This document shows, in pieces, positions 38,976 through 48,377 of a stretch of 64,000 bases of DNA. The stretch lies in the NCBI GenBank assembly GCA_041697335.1, contig JBGUGD010000009.1, positions 1 through 64,000 on the forward strand. Direction: 5' to 3'. The stretch is from Vampirovibrionaceae bacterium NZW_1234 (lineage in GTDB: Bacteria; Cyanobacteriota; Vampirovibrionia; Vampirovibrionales; JAGQHJ01). The notes below the pieces were generated by a model. That model ran no database searches and was not told the origin of the DNA. It saw only the letters and a program-made list of their open reading frames with translations. Within the stretch, counting starts at the first letter, position 1; each line of letters starts with the position of its first letter. The translations under genes and the position numbers were made by a program.

Positions 38976-39725
38976 CTACCACTGCCCGTTTTGGGTCTCG
39001 GCAATTTTCTGAAGTTCTTTTTCAACTTCCTGATAGCGATCCGAGTATTTGCCGCGTGAGGTTGTGGTAACCGGAATAAAATACATCCCCGACAAATTGC
39101 CGTTACCATCATAAATGTACTGTGGAATCATGGTGGTCGTTTCCTCATCTTTCGGAAACTGATTGACCAGTTCCTGAAGCAAGGTTTTGATGGCAGGATC
39201 AAGGGCCGTGTCGTTCTGAAGTGTGGTCACAGCGTTTTTAGAGGCGGCAACCACGGCATCGGAATCCCTCAGCCCGGCAATTGTCCATAGAATTTTCTCC
39301 GCAGGGTGGCCCGGCAATTTCGCCACTTCTTCAATGACAAAGGCCCGAATCTTTTCATTTTGATGCCGATGATAGGTATTCAAATACTCGAACGAACGCT
39401 GAGGGTTGTTCTCAGAAACGACTTGGGAGTAGGTCTGGGTGAAGCGGTTAAATTCCTGGGTGGAGCGGGGCGTAAGCCCGCCATTCACGCCAATCAGGAC
39501 GCCCGTCGCCACGACCAGGGGGAGCCATAGATTCTGGCGCAGGGTTTGTCCAATCTTTTGGAGGCCTCCAAAGCGGAGTCCCGAAACGTGAGGTTCAGAC
39601 CCGACAGCTTGCGGCCGACGTATAAAAACGTCTTTGGCTTTCGTTTGATTGGGCAGAACGCTTGGTTGATGTATTACACTCGACTTGGTTGAAAAAAAAT
39701 GCTTTGTCTCGACAACCTGTATCAT
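38976..39725 (-). CDS. Hypothetical single-TM protein with helical (HEAT-like) body
   Basis: Polar leader ending LRFGG, TM LWLPLVVATGVLIGV. Start uncertain. Confidence 0.6.
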   Translation of the reverse strand: MIQVVETKHFFSTKSSVIHQPSVLPNQTKAKDVFIRRPQAVGSEPHVSGLRFGGLQKIGQTLRQNLWLPLVVATGVLIGVNGGLTPRSTQEFNRFTQTYSQVVSENNPQRSFEYLNTYHRHQNEKIRAFVIEEVAKLPGHPAEKILWTIAGLRDSDAVVAASKNAVTTLQNDTALDPAIKTLLQELVNQFPKDEETTTMIPQYIYDGNGNLSGMYFIPVTTTSRGKYSDRYQEVEKELQKIAETQNGQW

Positions 39726-39814
39726 ATACCCATCATCTCCCACGGTCCTATCAACCTTGAGCCATGGTAGCGAGGTTTTAGAATGCCGTCAATGACCTTG
39801 CAAGTGAACGCAGC

Positions 39815-40726
39815 CTATTCAGCGACTTCCCGAGCGGTTCGCGAACGGCCGTCATTCGGGTTTATCTTAAAGGTCAGAAGCCCTTCGGCATTCTGCGCCC
39901 CGCGGACATAAGTGCAGGCATCAATGCATTCGCCGCAGTTGAAGCAGCCTTCGCCGACGCCTACCAGCAAGTTTTCCGGTAGCCTCGGGTCAATCTCGAC
40001 GGGACATGCGGTTTTGCACGCTTGGCAGCTTTTACAGGCACTCAGATTTTCCCCAAACTTATACCGAATCTCCATGGGCACCCATTTGGCTGACAGATAG
40101 GCGGACAGGGATTGCGCCAGGCCATAGGGGCAGGCGCTTCGGCAAAATTCGTGCCCGGCATACAGCATAAAAAAGCCAATCAGCATCATCAACCCCTGCC
40201 CCATCCAGATGACGGGCTCCAGGGTACCTTGAATCAGGTTTTGGTACCACCAGGAAATGGGAACAAAATAAAACAGAAACAGGGTGCTGATCATATACGT
40301 AATGGCCGCACCCCAGAGAAGGCTAAAGGCCACATTCACTGCTTTAAGCCACGGGTATTTTGTTTCCCATTGCTTCAAATAAAAGGGCTTGGGTTTAAGA
40401 CCAATGAGCACCCGGACGGGGTGGGTCCATTCGGTCAGAGTATTATGGGGACAAACCCAGCCACAGAACAGACGTCCAAACAGGGTGGACATAAAGGCAA
40501 TAATCAGGACACAGCTAAAAAAGCCCAGGGGCAGCCAAAGCAGGGTCTGTGGGTTTAACGGGTATGATTGACCCAGGGCGATGAGTTTTTGGGAAATCAC
40601 GTCCATCCGGAAAATATCGAACACCGGACTCAAAAGCATCAGGGCCCAGAAAAGAGGCTGTACAACCAAACCGCGGAAGGTGTGAAAGGGATATTTGACC
40701 GGGTTGCGAGGAAAGACGAAAGTCAT
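39815..40726 (-). CDS. 4Fe-4S membrane protein, FixG/CcoG/NapH-like
   Basis: GRLFCGWVCP, FCRSACPYG, CKSCQACKTACP, CFNCGECIDAC. Confidence 0.88.
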   Translation of the reverse strand: MTFVFPRNPVKYPFHTFRGLVVQPLFWALMLLSPVFDIFRMDVISQKLIALGQSYPLNPQTLLWLPLGFFSCVLIIAFMSTLFGRLFCGWVCPHNTLTEWTHPVRVLIGLKPKPFYLKQWETKYPWLKAVNVAFSLLWGAAITYMISTLFLFYFVPISWWYQNLIQGTLEPVIWMGQGLMMLIGFFMLYAGHEFCRSACPYGLAQSLSAYLSAKWVPMEIRYKFGENLSACKSCQACKTACPVEIDPRLPENLLVGVGEGCFNCGECIDACTYVRGAQNAEGLLTFKINPNDGRSRTAREVAE

Positions 40727-40827
40727 AAGCGAACTCGCCAAAAGCAAGGTGTGGAAACAACAATCCCTATACTGTCGCGTAAAAGACACAACCTGACTAT
40801 GGTTTGTCTCATATTTGGGAATCGTCC

Positions 40828-41433
40828 TCAGGACGGGACCGGGCCCAGACAGAGTTGTGTAATGAGTGCCGTCAATTCCTCCTGGCAGTTCTCCAGGACA
40901 TCATTCATCACCACATAATCAAACTGGGATTTTTGAGCCAATTCGCTCCGGGCGGTTTCCAACCGGCGCTGGATGTCAGCTTCGTCGTTGGTGTTTCGAT
41001 TTCTGAGGCGGGCTTCCAAGGCTTCCAGGGAAGGGGGTTCAATGAAAATTAGATGAGCTTGTGGGAACAGCCGCTTGATGTTGAGGGCCCCCTGGACTTC
41101 GATTTCGAGCAGAATGGAGTTCCCTTGTGCCAACGTGTTTTCAAAAAACGCTTTTGGCGTACCGTAATAATTCCCGGCGAATTCAGCCCATTCAATGAGA
41201 GCGTTATCTGCTATCATTTGTTCAAAATCGGTTCGGCTGACGAAGAAATAGTCCACTCCGTCCTCTTCGCCAGGTCGTTGAGCCCGAGTCGTTGCTGAAA
41301 CAGATTCCTTGAGCCAGGGCATCTGTTTGGACAGAAACACTCGAAGCGAGCCTTTTCCAACGCCCGAAGGGCCGGTCAAAACAAGGAGACTTCCACTGGG
41401 GTTTGGGGAGTTATCACCAAGGGACTGTTGCAT
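40828..41433 (-). CDS. gmk: Guanylate kinase
   Basis: GPSGVGKG, SATTR, GVDYFF, YYGT, EIEVQGA. Confidence 0.97.
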   Translation of the reverse strand: MQQSLGDNSPNPSGSLLVLTGPSGVGKGSLRVFLSKQMPWLKESVSATTRAQRPGEEDGVDYFFVSRTDFEQMIADNALIEWAEFAGNYYGTPKAFFENTLAQGNSILLEIEVQGALNIKRLFPQAHLIFIEPPSLEALEARLRNRNTNDEADIQRRLETARSELAQKSQFDYVVMNDVLENCQEELTALITQLCLGPVPS

Positions 41434-41556
41434 CGGGAATTACCCTATATAATGGAGAAACAGCGTCGGATGAGGTTCTGGTCAAGACACTTCGGAGGAC
41501 ACCCATCCTGGTCTTTTAATCGTATCAGCAAAATAGACTGGTCGTAAAACATCTCC

Positions 41557-43128
41557 ATGACATCATCGTCGGATCATACACAAATTCAGCTATCGCTCGG
41601 TCAGGGCCGCATATTTGTGGTCGATGACGAGCCGATGGTGACGACCAGTATTTGCACCATGCTGTCACTGGAGGCGGACTACGATGTTGAAGGGTTCAAC
41701 TCGCCCTTAAGTGCTCTGGAGGCTGTCAAAAAAGGCCCTGCTCCCGATATTGTCATCTCGGACTTTTTGATGCCTGAGATGGACGGCATCAGTTTTCTGC
41801 AAGAGGTTCGAAAGCTTTGCCCGCAATCCACCTTGATCCTCCTGACCGGCTATGCCGACAAGGAAAATGCCATTCAAGCCATCAACGAGGTTGGGATTTA
41901 TCGCTACATCGAAAAGCCTTGGGATAACGAGACATTAACCCTGGCAATTCGCAACGGGATTGAGCGAACACGCCTGTTGGTCCGACTGAACGAAAAAATC
42001 AGCGATCTGGAAAAAGCCCAGCACGATCTGCGCGAGTATAGCGAACATCTGGAAGAGCGGGTGACCGAGAAGACCCATGACCTGATGCTGGCGTTGGACA
42101 AGCTCAGAGCCGTGGTGGAAAACACTGGGGATGCCATTGTGACCTTGGATTGCGATGGTCACATTGTGGGCGTGAACCCGACCTTTGCCCGATGGACCCG
42201 GCGCTCGCCCGAATTTTTAGAGACCCGCTCCATTGCGGAATATCTGACCTTTCAGAACGGAACCACGCTGGCGGCATTGATAGCCTCCGGCGAGCAGTCG
42301 CAGTTGTTTGAAGGCAAGCTGGGAACGGTCTCTGTGGAGGTTAACTTATCGTTGCTGCCCGGAAATGAAGGTGTGGTCCTGATTTGCCGGGACATGACCA
42401 AACGAAAAGAGGCTGAACGGCTTCGGGAGGATTTTGTGTCCACCTTGACCCATGATTTGCGCACCCCGCTTCTGGCCGCCATTCAGACCATCGACTTTTT
42501 CCTGGACGGAACCTTGGGCGATACCTCGGAGCGGCAAAAGGACATGCTGACCATGATGAAGCAAAACAACCAGCAAATGCTGGAACTGGTCAATGTCTTG
42601 CTCGAAGTGTATCGCTATGAAGCCAGGCAGCAGAAGTTGCTCATGGGTGAATTCAGCTTGAATGAACTGATTGAAGGGGTTGTTTCCGAATTGCAACCCT
42701 TGGCCTTGAAAAAAGAACAACAGTTATCTTTTAATCCCGATTGGGAGCTTCCTACGGTGTTTGGGGATAAGCAAGCCATTCGCCGTGTCCTGGTGAATCT
42801 GACTGCCAATGCCATCAATTACACACCGGCACAAGGCCATATCCGTATCCATACCTCCCAGAATGAAGGTCGGGTTGTGGTCTCGGTAGAAGATAATGGT
42901 CGAGGCATTCCACCGAAGGACCTGGCGCAATTATTTGAACGCTTTGCCCAAGGGACCAGTCGGCATCGAACCACCGGAACGGGGTTGGGGCTTTATCTCA
43001 GCCGCCAGATCATGGAGGCCCATGGGGGGCGAATTTGGGCTCAAAGTGATGTGGGCAAAGGCAGTATTTTTTCGTTTGAACTGGGCAAGGCGGCCGAGGC
43101 CAAGCCCCAGCCGCTGGTATCAGAGTAA
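41557..43128 (+). CDS. Cytoplasmic hybrid histidine kinase (REC-PAS-HisKA-HATPase)
   Basis: VDDE/SDFLMP receiver domain, THDLRTPL, NLTANAINY, DNGRG, GTGLGL. Confidence 0.93.
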   Translation: MTSSSDHTQIQLSLGQGRIFVVDDEPMVTTSICTMLSLEADYDVEGFNSPLSALEAVKKGPAPDIVISDFLMPEMDGISFLQEVRKLCPQSTLILLTGYADKENAIQAINEVGIYRYIEKPWDNETLTLAIRNGIERTRLLVRLNEKISDLEKAQHDLREYSEHLEERVTEKTHDLMLALDKLRAVVENTGDAIVTLDCDGHIVGVNPTFARWTRRSPEFLETRSIAEYLTFQNGTTLAALIASGEQSQLFEGKLGTVSVEVNLSLLPGNEGVVLICRDMTKRKEAERLREDFVSTLTHDLRTPLLAAIQTIDFFLDGTLGDTSERQKDMLTMMKQNNQQMLELVNVLLEVYRYEARQQKLLMGEFSLNELIEGVVSELQPLALKKEQQLSFNPDWELPTVFGDKQAIRRVLVNLTANAINYTPAQGHIRIHTSQNEGRVVVSVEDNGRGIPPKDLAQLFERFAQGTSRHRTTGTGLGLYLSRQIMEAHGGRIWAQSDVGKGSIFSFELGKAAEAKPQPLVSE

Positions 43129-43133
43129 TTCGT

Positions 43134-43361
43134 TTACGGCAGGGATGTCCCCGAACTGATTGGGCCGGCCCAAGGTCCTTGGCTGGTTGTTCCTGGAGTT
43201 TGGACCGACGTTGGTGGTGTTGGAATGGTGGGGCCAAGAGAAGTGGGAGAAGACTTTGTCTTGTCTCTGGGGTCTTGACTGTAGGGAGTGCCGCAATAGG
43301 GTTTTGGGGGATTAGGGGTGCCGCAGATGCGGTTGGACGCGCCAACATTTCCAAATGCCAT
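43134..43361 (-). CDS. Small Pro/Thr/Ser-rich protein
   Basis: 75 aa, SD GGAGG at good spacing, two CGTP motifs. Confidence 0.55.
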   Translation of the reverse strand: MAFGNVGASNRICGTPNPPKPYCGTPYSQDPRDKTKSSPTSLGPTIPTPPTSVQTPGTTSQGPWAGPISSGTSLP

Positions 43362-43650
43362 ATGTTATGTCCTCCAATGATGCCTTACGTACGATGGCTT
43401 GAATACATCAAGCTATGAGTAAAAAAACATGATTTTTTCAGTTGATGCTAGGATTAAGCAAGTCTTAATGTTAGACCTTCAATGGCTGGAAACATTGAAA
43501 TAGGCTGGTATACTCGTGTTTGTACCAGTGTCCCAATGGGAGTGTCTGCGGGTGTCAACACGACTTGGCCGATGTCACGTATAATGAAGAATGAATTGTG
43601 ATTTTCTAAGTTCTGTAGTCTAAGTCCTGTCGATTAATGAGAGCGTATCC

Positions 43651-44322
43651 ATGGCGATAACCTTGTTTCTGGTCGAAGACCACCAAATGACACTGGTGGG
43701 TCTTAAAATGTTATTGGAAAAGGACGCTGATATTCAGGTAGTGGGTGAGGCCAGTGATGGGTTGACCGCTACAAAGTTGATTCCAGAGAAAATGCCGGAT
43801 GTGGTGTTAATGGATATTGGCTTGCCGGAAATGGATGGTATTGAAGCCACCCAGTTATTAAAAGAATCCCATCCCCAGATGAAAATTATTATGCTAACCT
43901 CCAAAGACAGCGAAGAAGATGTCATGGCGGCCCTGGCGGCGGGAGCAGATGCCTACTGCATGAAAGGGATTCCACCGGAAACGCTGTCAACCGCAATTCG
44001 AGCCGTGAATGAAGGCACGGCCTGGTTGGATCCGGGTATTGCACGCATTGTTCTTGGCAAATTCAAAGGGGTCCAGATGGGTAGCGACGCTGTTCAGCCG
44101 CCCGTAAGCCCGCCGGCAGATTCGCCCCTGACCGAAAGGGAGATGGAAGTGTTGGCCCTGATTGTGGAAGGCTTGTCCAACCCGCAGATTGCCGAGCGTT
44201 TATTTATCACCAAAGCAACAGCGAAAGCTCACGTCCATAGTATTCTTCAAAAACTGTGTGTGGATGATCGGACACAGGCTGCTGTATTGGCAATGCGCCA
44301 AGGATATGTACAACGATTCTGA
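43651..44322 (+). CDS. NarL/LuxR family response regulator
   Basis: VEDH, MDIGLP, LTEREMEVL...GLSNPQIA HTH. Confidence 0.95.
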   Translation: MAITLFLVEDHQMTLVGLKMLLEKDADIQVVGEASDGLTATKLIPEKMPDVVLMDIGLPEMDGIEATQLLKESHPQMKIIMLTSKDSEEDVMAALAAGADAYCMKGIPPETLSTAIRAVNEGTAWLDPGIARIVLGKFKGVQMGSDAVQPPVSPPADSPLTEREMEVLALIVEGLSNPQIAERLFITKATAKAHVHSILQKLCVDDRTQAAVLAMRQGYVQRF

Positions 44323-44530
44323 TTTGACATGTGTTTGGACAGGTAGTGCAAAGAAAGTGCCATTCCCTTGTTGTGATTTCAAAAGGTCTTATTGCTCTCT
44401 ACAGATACCCTTGGGTCGGTGCTTTGGGAATTGCATCCAGAAAATACGGTCGTTAAAGGTTGAAAAATGGCTCTATTGGAGTCATGATGATTGGACCACC
44501 TGTTAAGAGAGTAAGTAGGTAATTGCTGCC

Positions 44531-45673
44531 ATGAGTCAGACATACGCGCTTACCGGTAACCAAATTGTCGCAAGAGCGGCTCTGGATGCTGGTTGTACGT
44601 TTTATGCCGGTTATCCCATTTCCCCCTCCTCGGAGATTGCGGCCGAAATGGCCCGGGAATTGCCCAAGATTGGTGGCGCGTTTATTCAAATGGAAGATGA
44701 AATTGCCAGTATGGCAGCGATTGTGGGTGGAGCCCTAACCGGCAAAAAGTGCATGACGGCCACCAGTGGTCCCGGATTTTCTTTGAAACAGGAAAATTTA
44801 GGCTTTGCCTGTATGACGGAAGTTCCCTGTGTGGTGGTCAACGTCATGCGCAGTGGTCCTTCTACGGGGATGCCGACGTTTCCGGCCCAAGGCGACTTTA
44901 TGCAGACACGATGGGGGACCCACGGGGATCACCCCATTATTGTTTTGGCACCGTGTTTTCACGATGAGCTTTATTCTGAAACCATCAGAGCCTTTAACCT
45001 TTCCGAAAAGTATCGCCAGCCGGTCGTGCTGCTTTCCGATGAAGTGTTGGCACAGATGAGTGCCCGGATTGATATTCCGGATCGCAGTGAGCTGACCATT
45101 GTGGATCGGGCAAAACCGGATACAGCCAATAAAAAAGGCTACAAGCCCTATGATAATAGTCAGCTGGTGCCCCCCTTGGCTAGCTTTTTCGAAGGCTATC
45201 ATTTTCACGTTACCGGCTTAACCCACGACGAATTCGGTTTTCCGACGGAAAATACCAAGCTGGCCCAGACCATGCTGGATCGTCTGAATCGTAAGATTAG
45301 CGAGAATGTGGATGATATCTGCAAGTGGGTGGAGATTGACACGGCAGATGCCGATATTTTGTTGGTCTCTGTGGGCTCTTCCGGTCGCTCAGCCCAGCAG
45401 GCCATGCAGGAAGCGCGTCAAAAGCACGGTTTAAAAGTGGGATTGTTTCGACCTCTGACGGTTTGGCCTTTCCCGGAGAAAGGGCTGCGCGCAGCTGCCC
45501 AAGGGAAATCCCGTGTTATTGTGGCGGAGATGAACGAGGGCCAGATTGCACTGGAAGTGGAACGGGTTTTGCATCGCCCGGTGGAGACAGCGTTGCGGTA
45601 TAACGGCGAAATGATTACACCGGATGATATTCTCAAACAGTTGTTGAAAGAACGAGAAACGGTCGGGGTCTAG
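44531..45673 (+). CDS. korA: 2-oxoacid:ferredoxin oxidoreductase alpha subunit
   Basis: YAGYPISPSSE, QMEDEIA, TATSGPG, RSGPSTGMPT, EMNEGQ. Confidence 0.92.
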   Translation: MSQTYALTGNQIVARAALDAGCTFYAGYPISPSSEIAAEMARELPKIGGAFIQMEDEIASMAAIVGGALTGKKCMTATSGPGFSLKQENLGFACMTEVPCVVVNVMRSGPSTGMPTFPAQGDFMQTRWGTHGDHPIIVLAPCFHDELYSETIRAFNLSEKYRQPVVLLSDEVLAQMSARIDIPDRSELTIVDRAKPDTANKKGYKPYDNSQLVPPLASFFEGYHFHVTGLTHDEFGFPTENTKLAQTMLDRLNRKISENVDDICKWVEIDTADADILLVSVGSSGRSAQQAMQEARQKHGLKVGLFRPLTVWPFPEKGLRAAAQGKSRVIVAEMNEGQIALEVERVLHRPVETALRYNGEMITPDDILKQLLKERETVGV

Positions 45674-45678
45674 AGACG

Positions 45679-46518
45679 ATGAGTAGCAAATTAGCTGAAG
45701 TAGATTATAACGAATACCTTCGGGTCGATCGCCTCCCCACCACGTGGTGCGCCGGTTGTGGCGATGGGGCTATTATGAAAGCCCTAATACGGGCGATGGA
45801 TGAGTTGAAGATCGATCGGGACAACACGGCCATTATTTCCGGTATTGGCTGCTCTGGCCGTTTTTCCGGCTATCTGGATTTTAACACCTTGCATGTCACC
45901 CACGGGCGAACCCTGGCGTTTGCAACCGGAATGAAAATGGCAAGCCCCAAATCCAAAATTATTGTCATCTCCGGTGATGGCGATTCGTTGGCTATTGGCG
46001 GCAACCACTTTATTCATGCCTGCCGACGCAACATCGATTTGACTCTGATCATTATCAATAATTACACTTATGGCTTGACCGGTGGACAGGTTTCTCCCTC
46101 GACGCCCCTGGCCAGCTCGTCCCCAACTGCCCCCTATGGCAGTATCGAGCCTACGTTTGATACGTGTGAGCTGGCCATGGCTGCTGGCGCGTCTTTTGTT
46201 TCCCGTACCGTGGTGGCAAGTCCGCTCCATATGGACAAGATGATGAAAGCGGCGTTATCACACAACGGATTTTCCGTGGTGGAGGTCATGTCTAATTGCC
46301 ATATCAACTGGGGCCGCAAAAACGAGTATGCCGCCGCGGCGGATTTGATCAAGCACTTGAAGGATCAGTCGACCTTCAGTAAAGAGGAAGCCATAAACGA
46401 TGGCAAACATTTGCTGGGGATTCTGGCTCAACGCCCTGAGATGAAAGAATACAGCCAAACGTACTATGACTTGGTAGAACGGGCGAAGGCCAAGGCTGCT
46501 GCGAAAAAAGGAGCATAG
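45679..46518 (+). CDS. korB: 2-oxoacid:ferredoxin oxidoreductase beta subunit
   Basis: WCAGCG, SGIGCS, HGR, GDGD, YGLTGGQ. Confidence 0.92.
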   Translation: MSSKLAEVDYNEYLRVDRLPTTWCAGCGDGAIMKALIRAMDELKIDRDNTAIISGIGCSGRFSGYLDFNTLHVTHGRTLAFATGMKMASPKSKIIVISGDGDSLAIGGNHFIHACRRNIDLTLIIINNYTYGLTGGQVSPSTPLASSSPTAPYGSIEPTFDTCELAMAAGASFVSRTVVASPLHMDKMMKAALSHNGFSVVEVMSNCHINWGRKNEYAAAADLIKHLKDQSTFSKEEAINDGKHLLGILAQRPEMKEYSQTYYDLVERAKAKAAAKKGA

Positions 46519-46521
46519 TTG

Positions 46522-47106
46522 ATGAGTAGTTTTGATCGCCTTGAAGCGCGTTTTTGTGGGGTCGGTGGTCAAGGGATTGTTTTGGGCACCACCATCCTTG
46601 CCGATGCGGCCATTTTTCATGAAGGCAAATACGCCGTTCAGAGTCCCACTTACGGCTCCCAGGTCCGGGGCGGCCCAACCAAGGTCGATTTGATCGTGGA
46701 TACGAAAGAGATTCTGTATCCCAAGGCGACGAACATCAATTTCTTTCTGGCCATTGCCCAGGTGTCTTTCAATCGGTATTTTTACGATATTGCCGAAGAC
46801 AGCACCATTCTGGTGGATGAAAACCTGGTGGTAAATATTCCGGACGAGTGGATTAAAGGCACCAAGCGAAAGCTCTTCACGGTCCCGGTGATGGAGATGG
46901 CCAAGCAGGAGTTTAACAATAATATGCTGGCCAATATGATTTGCCTGGGTATCACTCAGGAAGTAACGCAGGTGGTCACCATGGAGCATTTGCTGCAGTC
47001 TGTTAAAAAGCTGGTGCCTTCCAAGCATTACGAGAAAAATGTCGCGGCCCTGGAGATGGGTATCGAGCTGGCCAAGAACCGCAAACGCGAAGAGTTGGCG
47101 GTTTAG
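46522..47106 (+). CDS. korC: 2-oxoacid:ferredoxin oxidoreductase gamma subunit
   Basis: GVGGQG, YGSQVRGG, NMICLG. Confidence 0.9.
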   Translation: MSSFDRLEARFCGVGGQGIVLGTTILADAAIFHEGKYAVQSPTYGSQVRGGPTKVDLIVDTKEILYPKATNINFFLAIAQVSFNRYFYDIAEDSTILVDENLVVNIPDEWIKGTKRKLFTVPVMEMAKQEFNNNMLANMICLGITQEVTQVVTMEHLLQSVKKLVPSKHYEKNVAALEMGIELAKNRKREELAV

Positions 47107-47130
47107 CCCTTCACAGTGATTTTCTACCAG

Positions 47131-47162
47131 AAAAGCCCTCTGATTTTTTCAGAGGGCTTTTT
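47131..47162. terminator. Bidirectional Rho-independent terminator
   Basis: AAAAGCCCTCTGA...TCAGAGGGCTTTTT. Confidence 0.85.
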
Positions 47163-47341
47163 GGTTCGAGAAATAAAAGATGAGGGAGTGGGGATATTTT
47201 CAGCAAGTAATTATAGAGTCAATGAGGAAGCAAAAACAAACCAATTGACTTTTTTACGATCCATTCATGTGCCTGGAATCATAACGAGCCAGGTTTTTTA
47301 GCAAACCTGAGGTTATTATGGCGCATGGGGTTTCGTGTCGA

Positions 47342-47953
47342 TTAAGCACCCATCCGAGCGTCACGAATGCCGCCCAGGAGCAAGCTGGCAAACAGTGCTT
47401 GCGGCAACTGGCTCAAAGGATTCGGACTGCTCATGGCTTGAGGGCTTTGAACAAATGTTGGTTGAACTTGATAGGCCGAGGTTCCCCATTGCATTGGACG
47501 AGGCTGCTGTTGTCCGGCAAGTTGGCCAAAGATTCCAGCTAAGCCGCCAAAGAGCATTTGCATGGTGCGGGGGTCTAATGCTGCCGCAGGCGGTTGTTGG
47601 CCCGTGGGATAGGACGGCTGCATCGGATAGGATGGCTGCGTCGGATATGAAGGCTGTGTTGGATATGAAGGCTGGGCCGGGTAGGAGGGGTAACTTGGCT
47701 GGTGTTGGTGGTGCGGCTGCCAGGGTTTATGCTGATGCTGCACCGGATAAAAAATCGGTTGTTGAATAATGAGTGTCGGTGGCACGGGGGCCGGAGCCGG
47801 AGCTGGAGGCGTATAGGTCGGCTGCTGCTGATAGGGTGGAATGACGACCGGAGGTTGTTGAACAACATAGGGTTGACCTCCGCCATAAGGATTAGCGCCA
47901 CCTTGAGAAGGGTAACCTCCATAAGCTTGGGATGGGCTTGAGTTGCTAAACAT
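47342..47953 (-). CDS. Pro/Gln/Tyr-rich low-complexity protein with QPSYPx repeats
   Basis: SD GAGGAG. About five 18-nt repeats and two amphipathic segments. Confidence 0.75.
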   Translation of the reverse strand: MFSNSSPSQAYGGYPSQGGANPYGGGQPYVVQQPPVVIPPYQQQPTYTPPAPAPAPVPPTLIIQQPIFYPVQHQHKPWQPHHQHQPSYPSYPAQPSYPTQPSYPTQPSYPMQPSYPTGQQPPAAALDPRTMQMLFGGLAGIFGQLAGQQQPRPMQWGTSAYQVQPTFVQSPQAMSSPNPLSQLPQALFASLLLGGIRDARMGA

Positions 47954-48257
47954 TGCTGAAACTCCTCACATGTCTTCTCTCAACACATTACTATTCAATG
48001 TCGGGAACAGTAACTACTCTCTATATTTATATAAAAACAATCTTAAGAGATAATTGTGATAGAGTGTTGCTATATGTAAATCTGAATTTGCTGAATTGTT
48101 TTTCGTTGAAAAGCTTGCTATAAGGCTTTTTATTGGAAATCTTATGAATCCGGAAAATGAAACAAAGCATAAAAATTGGCAGTGTTATGTAATTATTTCT
48201 GCATGGTCTGTAAAAAGCGACGAAACACAGTATATGGTTTTCTACCAGAATTAACGC

Positions 48258-48294
48258 AAGAAAAGAAAAAACCCTCTCAGGTCATGAGCGGGTT
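48258..48294 (-). terminator. Terminator after the Pro/Gly-repeat gene
   Basis: Minus strand AACCCGCTCA-tgacc-TGAGAGGGTT followed by a U-rich tail. Confidence 0.65.
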
Positions 48295-48377
48295 GTTCAG
48301 TGTGTGATAATGTGTGTGGGGGATATGAAACGGTATGTTTGGTGTAAGAAAATCTATAAAATGATTCTAATCCTGAT

